Virus record (IMG/VR): IMGVR_UViG_3300003320_000433
DNA: 20,000 nucleotides
From: an uncultured virus (IMG/VR IMGVR_UViG_3300003320_000433)
Lineage: Duplodnaviria; Heunggongvirae; Uroviricota; Caudoviricetes
Strand: one strand, 5' to 3'
Numbering within the stretch: position 1 is the first letter of the stretch; each line of letters opens with the position of its first letter. Shown here piece by piece: positions 16,958 through 20,000 of this stretch. The position numbers and the translations under genes were made by a program. The notes beneath the pieces were generated by a model. It searched no databases. It was not told where the DNA came from and saw only the letters and a list, made by a program, of their open reading frames with translations.

Positions 16958-17052
16958 GGCCTACGCGCCCCGTAGGCGGCCGAACCCCGGTCCGCCGGTA
17001 GAAGGTACCGACGCCGTGCCCGCGATCCGTTACGCGGGCTTCTACGGCCTTT
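16958..17052. repeat. copy B of the pseudo-dyad element
   Basis: GCCTACG-cgcc-CCGTAGGC (16959-16977), centre GGTAGAAGGTACC (16997-17009) and CCGTTACGCGGGCTTCTACGG (17027-17047). Confidence 0.7.
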
Positions 17053-17069
17053 CACAGAACAGGAACGGA

Positions 17070-17411
17070 ATGAGCGACAGGGTTCAGCTGGACTCCAACC
17101 ATCTCGCCATGATGGCGGCGGTGCGAGCCGAGCGTCAGAGGCAGCTGGAGAAGTGGGGGATCCAGCGACACCCGCATGGCACCGGAAACGAGGCAGCCAA
17201 GGTCCTTGCGGAGCAGTGGAAGGCGATCTGTGACGCCAACCATGCACAGGGCCTGGACGACTGGTTCACCATCGCCATCGAGGAGTTCATGGAGGCTGCC
17301 GCCGAGACGGACCTCCGCAAGCTGTTCGACGAGGTCGTGCAGAACGCCGCTGTGTTCGTGGCGTGGGGCGAGGCCATCATCGACGAGATCAGGAAGCAGG
17401 GCAACCAGTGA
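17070..17411 (+). CDS. MazG-like NTP pyrophosphohydrolase
   Basis: ER.RQ..KWG.Q.H, W..I..EE..EA and E.VQ.AAV..AW, the all-alpha MazG-like phage family pattern. Start ATG at 17070. Confidence 0.75.
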   Translation: MSDRVQLDSNHLAMMAAVRAERQRQLEKWGIQRHPHGTGNEAAKVLAEQWKAICDANHAQGLDDWFTIAIEEFMEAAAETDLRKLFDEVVQNAAVFVAWGEAIIDEIRKQGNQ

Positions 17412-18466
17412 GCATCGGCAACGGCATCCCGGCCTGGCTGGACAACCACCGCATGGAGCAGCCGTTCGCGCCGTTCGGTTCCAGCGCGCACTACGTGCAC
17501 AACCCGGACGACCACGGCAACATCACGCTGACCGACGTCGCGTTCAACAAGCACTCGGTCAACGATGGCGAGCACGTCTCGCCGACGGACAACGGTGACA
17601 TCTACACGGGCACCGCTGGCCTGCAGGTCAAGCTCGTCCAGGGCGTCGACCAGGAGCTGTTCAAGGCGGTCCTGTCGTCCGCGACGCGGGCCACGGTCGG
17701 CCTCGCCCCGGACGGTGGCGATGACGACAGGGACTGGGAGGAGATGATGCGGGGCGGACTCCAGTCCGCGCTGGAGACGCAGTCGATCGTCTTCCAGGTC
17801 TTCAACGCGAGCCGGGCTCTGACGCACCAGCTGGTCCGCTCGCGCAACGCGGCCTTCCACCAGCAGAGCCAGCGGGCGACGTGGTATGGCGACCGGCCGG
17901 ACGTCCGCATGCCGCTGTCCGTCTGGAAGGATCCGGTCGCTCGCGCTGCCTTCCAGAAGGCGGCTGAGGCCGCGTGGGACGCGTACCAGATCGCCTGCGA
18001 TCGGGACATCTCGTACCAGGACGCCCGCTTCATCCTGCCCGAGGGCACGGTGAACTTCATCCAGTGCACCTACACCGTGCGCGAGTTCATCAACGTGTTC
18101 GCGTACCGGGGCTGCTCAATGTTCATGTGGGAGATGGTCGACGTCATGCGCAAGATGCGCACGGCCATCCTGGAGCAGTCGCCGTGGCTGGAGCCGTACA
18201 TCAAAATCTCGTGCGAGAAGACCGGATCGCTCTGCGTCGAGTGCCTCGGCGAGGGAGATGTCGTCGTCGACGAGGTATACGGCGGCAAGGGCAAGTGCGG
18301 CCTGTGCAACGGACAGGGTCGCATCGGTGCCAAGTGCACCTTCCAGGGATGGGAGTCGCCGGAGGGCCAGTGCGACAAGCCCTGGGCCAAGGACGAGCAG
18401 CGGTCGTTCAAGCCGCTGTTCCACACGATCGGCCGGAGGCCGGGAATGAGCGGGGACAAGAAGTGA
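17408..18466 (+). CDS. thyX: ThyX-like flavin-dependent thymidylate synthase homolog (non-canonical motif)
   Basis: SRALTHQLVRSRNAAFHQQSQR (canonical SR..T.QL.RHR..S....S.R), DARFILP, and YR....WE. GTGA-coupled to the MazG-like gene. Confidence 0.78.
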   Translation: MSIGNGIPAWLDNHRMEQPFAPFGSSAHYVHNPDDHGNITLTDVAFNKHSVNDGEHVSPTDNGDIYTGTAGLQVKLVQGVDQELFKAVLSSATRATVGLAPDGGDDDRDWEEMMRGGLQSALETQSIVFQVFNASRALTHQLVRSRNAAFHQQSQRATWYGDRPDVRMPLSVWKDPVARAAFQKAAEAAWDAYQIACDRDISYQDARFILPEGTVNFIQCTYTVREFINVFAYRGCSMFMWEMVDVMRKMRTAILEQSPWLEPYIKISCEKTGSLCVECLGEGDVVVDEVYGGKGKCGLCNGQGRIGAKCTFQGWESPEGQCDKPWAKDEQRSFKPLFHTIGRRPGMSGDKK

Positions 18467-18939
18467 GCAGCAAGAAGGTCCAGAAGTTCGCCATCGGATT
18501 CGCCAGTGTGGTGGCTGCCCTTGTGGTGGCTTCCGCCGTGGCCAACGCGGGCGACGACAGCAGTGCGGCCAAGCCGGTTCCGACTCCTTCGGCCAACACC
18601 GCTCCGCAGGCTCCTGCCGAGGACGAGGGCGACAGCAAGCCGCTGCCCGACCCCATCGAGAAGACTCCGCTCCAGGAGTTCCAGGCGTGCGTGGCCGACG
18701 GTGGGACGCCCACCGAGAAGGCCGCTGTCAAGCACGTCACCAAGCTGTCCGGCATGGACGACTGGAACGGCATCCTCGACAACCCCAAGGTGTGGACCGA
18801 CTACACCGGCGGACTGTTCAAGCACGCGTCCGACGCCGAGCTCATCGCCTCCGCGTTCGCCGACTGCTACAAGTCCGACAACGGGCTCGTCACGATCTTC
18901 GACCGGGACGGCCACGTCGCCGGGAACGGCCGATTCTGA
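18463..18939 (+). CDS. secreted or membrane-anchored protein (158 aa)
   Basis: GTGA overlap; basic N-terminus, hydrophobic helix ending ANA, Pro-rich linker, then a two-Cys domain. Confidence 0.75.
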   Translation: MSSKKVQKFAIGFASVVAALVVASAVANAGDDSSAAKPVPTPSANTAPQAPAEDEGDSKPLPDPIEKTPLQEFQACVADGGTPTEKAAVKHVTKLSGMDDWNGILDNPKVWTDYTGGLFKHASDAELIASAFADCYKSDNGLVTIFDRDGHVAGNGRF

Positions 18940-18941
18940 TC

Positions 18942-19052
18942 GTGCGCGAGAAGCTCATCTGCCCGGCGTGCTGGAGGTTCCGTGGGTCTCCGATCCACTG
19001 GTTCGTCCGGCTCGCCGGGCTGTGCAATGGAAGGTCTTGGTATGGCTGGTGA
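18942..19052 (+). CDS. possible small Cys/Trp-rich peptide (36 aa)
   Basis: VREKLICPACW...; fills the gap and overlaps the next gene; weak RBS. Confidence 0.35.
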   Translation: MREKLICPACWRFRGSPIHWFVRLAGLCNGRSWYGW

Positions 19053-19269
19053 GCCTCACAAGGAAGAGTGTGCACATCTGCCGGAGCCCGAGCTGCTGAG
19101 GGTCGGCGGGCTGTACTGGTGCGAGGCGTGCCAGGCGTACTTTCACGTGCATGCGTTCGAGGGATACTTCGGGGCATACGACCGCGTGTGGCGGTACGCG
19201 ACCAAGCCACGGATGCTCTGGTTCTGGGCGACGGGTCGCGTCGGATGGCGTGACATCTGGAGGCAGTAG
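19042..19269 (+). CDS. hypothetical Zn-binding-like protein (75 aa)
   Basis: H...C.H...WCEAC motif; start MAGEPH at 19042. Confidence 0.55.
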   Translation: MAGEPHKEECAHLPEPELLRVGGLYWCEACQAYFHVHAFEGYFGAYDRVWRYATKPRMLWFWATGRVGWRDIWRQ

Positions 19270-19271
19270 CC

Positions 19272-19397
19272 ATGGAGTTCGACTACAACTGGGAGCCCGG
19301 CGAGTACGACACGCCGGTTCGTCGATGGGTTCGCCGCATCGTGTTCGTCGTCGGCCTGGTGGTCGTGACGTGGGTGGCATCCCTGATCGGAGGATGA
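19272..19397 (+). CDS. small membrane protein (41 aa)
   Basis: RBS GGAGG; MEFDYNWEPGEYDTPVRRWVRRIVFVVGLVVVTWVASLIGG; ATGA overlap downstream. Confidence 0.6.
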   Translation: MEFDYNWEPGEYDTPVRRWVRRIVFVVGLVVVTWVASLIGG

Positions 19398-19534
19398 CCG
19401 TGACGCAGCTGTTGTTGCAGCTGGCAGCGGAAGACAGCAGTACAAGCATCTCGGGGAAGGGGATCGGCTTGGTCGTCATAGTCGCGCTGATCCTGCTTGC
19501 TGCGGGATCGTCCGGAGGAGGACGCGGGCGATGA
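19394..19534 (+). CDS. small membrane protein (46 aa)
   Basis: ATGA overlaps at both ends; one TM segment GIGLVVIVALILLAA. Confidence 0.6.
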   Translation: MTVTQLLLQLAAEDSSTSISGKGIGLVVIVALILLAAGSSGGGRGR

Positions 19535-19725
19535 AGCACTTCGGCGTCACCAAGGAGCCGAGCGGTAAGGGTCCGGCCTTCAACGCCAACTACGGCGGAA
19601 CGTGCTCGCACTACGAGTGCATCGAGGGCCGGTTCGAGGAGGGCGACCTGATCCGTGCAGACGGAGAGGGCGGCTGGGAATGCGCTGAGCACCAGGAGAA
19701 CGAGGAAGCACGTGGCGCAAAGTGA
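19531..19725 (+). CDS. small Zn-ribbon-like phage protein (64 aa)
   Basis: RBS GGAGGA; A.YGGTC....C....EEGD.I.......W.C..H pattern. Confidence 0.65.
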   Translation: MKHFGVTKEPSGKGPAFNANYGGTCSHYECIEGRFEEGDLIRADGEGGWECAEHQENEEARGAK

Positions 19726-19951
19726 GTGCATCATCGCGGGATGCAAGAGAGCCGGTCAGATCTCTGGACCCGTCAAGGGCTACTGCTGCTCGCTGTGCGG
19801 CGTGACCGATCGATCCGGCTCGACATGCGATCATCTGCGACATGATCGAGGAGGCCGGTCGTGCCGATGTCGAACTCGGAGACAACATCGTCCTCGGATA
19901 CAACTGAGCATCCAGGAGACCTCACAATCTCCGGTGCTCCGCATCGCGTAG
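19712..19951 (+). CDS. Cys-rich hypothetical protein
   Basis: GTG start after GAGG; C....C...YCC..C...C.H..H....C.C. Confidence 0.5.
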   Translation: MAQSECIIAGCKRAGQISGPVKGYCCSLCGVTDRSGSTCDHLRHDRGGRSCRCRTRRQHRPRIQLSIQETSQSPVLRIA

Positions 19952-20000
19952 GACAGTACCTGTACATACAGCGCGGCAGCCGAATGATCGCAGTCGCCAG

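Noticed and set aside
17016..17069. N-terminal extension of the MazG-like ORF from the track start at 17016
   Set aside because: It overlaps the dyad element; ATG 17070 with upstream AGGA is the more plausible start.
9984..18466. Assignment to known Z-base, 7-deazaguanine or 5-hmdU hypermodification pathways
   Set aside because: The signature genes (PurZ, DpdA/FolE/QueC/D/E, ThyA-type hydroxymethylase, 5-hmdU kinase) were not recognised in this window, though they could lie outside it.

Overview
This is a GC-rich actinobacteriophage segment, most likely from a Streptomyces-type phage. All credible genes lie on the + strand and are tightly packed with many ATGA/GTGA/TGATG overlaps. The window is a DNA replication, recombination and nucleotide-metabolism region. 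It encodes a DUF6011-like Zn protein, dCMP deaminase, a HARP+SNF2 helicase, a Cas4/RecB-like exonuclease, a Sak4-like AAA ATPase, an SSB-like protein, a TerD-domain protein, a DnaE-type polymerase, a MazG-like pyrophosphatase, a ThyX-like enzyme and many small membrane or Cys-rich ORFs. Two things stand out. (1) A candidate non-canonical nucleotide/DNA-modification pathway: an FAD-dependent oxidoreductase, a HAD phosphatase and an Nmad1/DUF1599-like protein sit directly upstream of dnaE. The window also has a MazG-like protein coupled to a ThyX homolog with degenerate signature residues, and an endonuclease V-like protein that appears to lack its catalytic Glu. (2) A dispersed ~90-bp pseudo-dyad element occurs in three intergenic copies and possibly one intragenic copy, with TA steps at about +/-29 and +/-40 from a shared centre, resembling strong gyrase or DNA-wrapping sites. 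All family calls come from motif recognition by eye; no database search was run.
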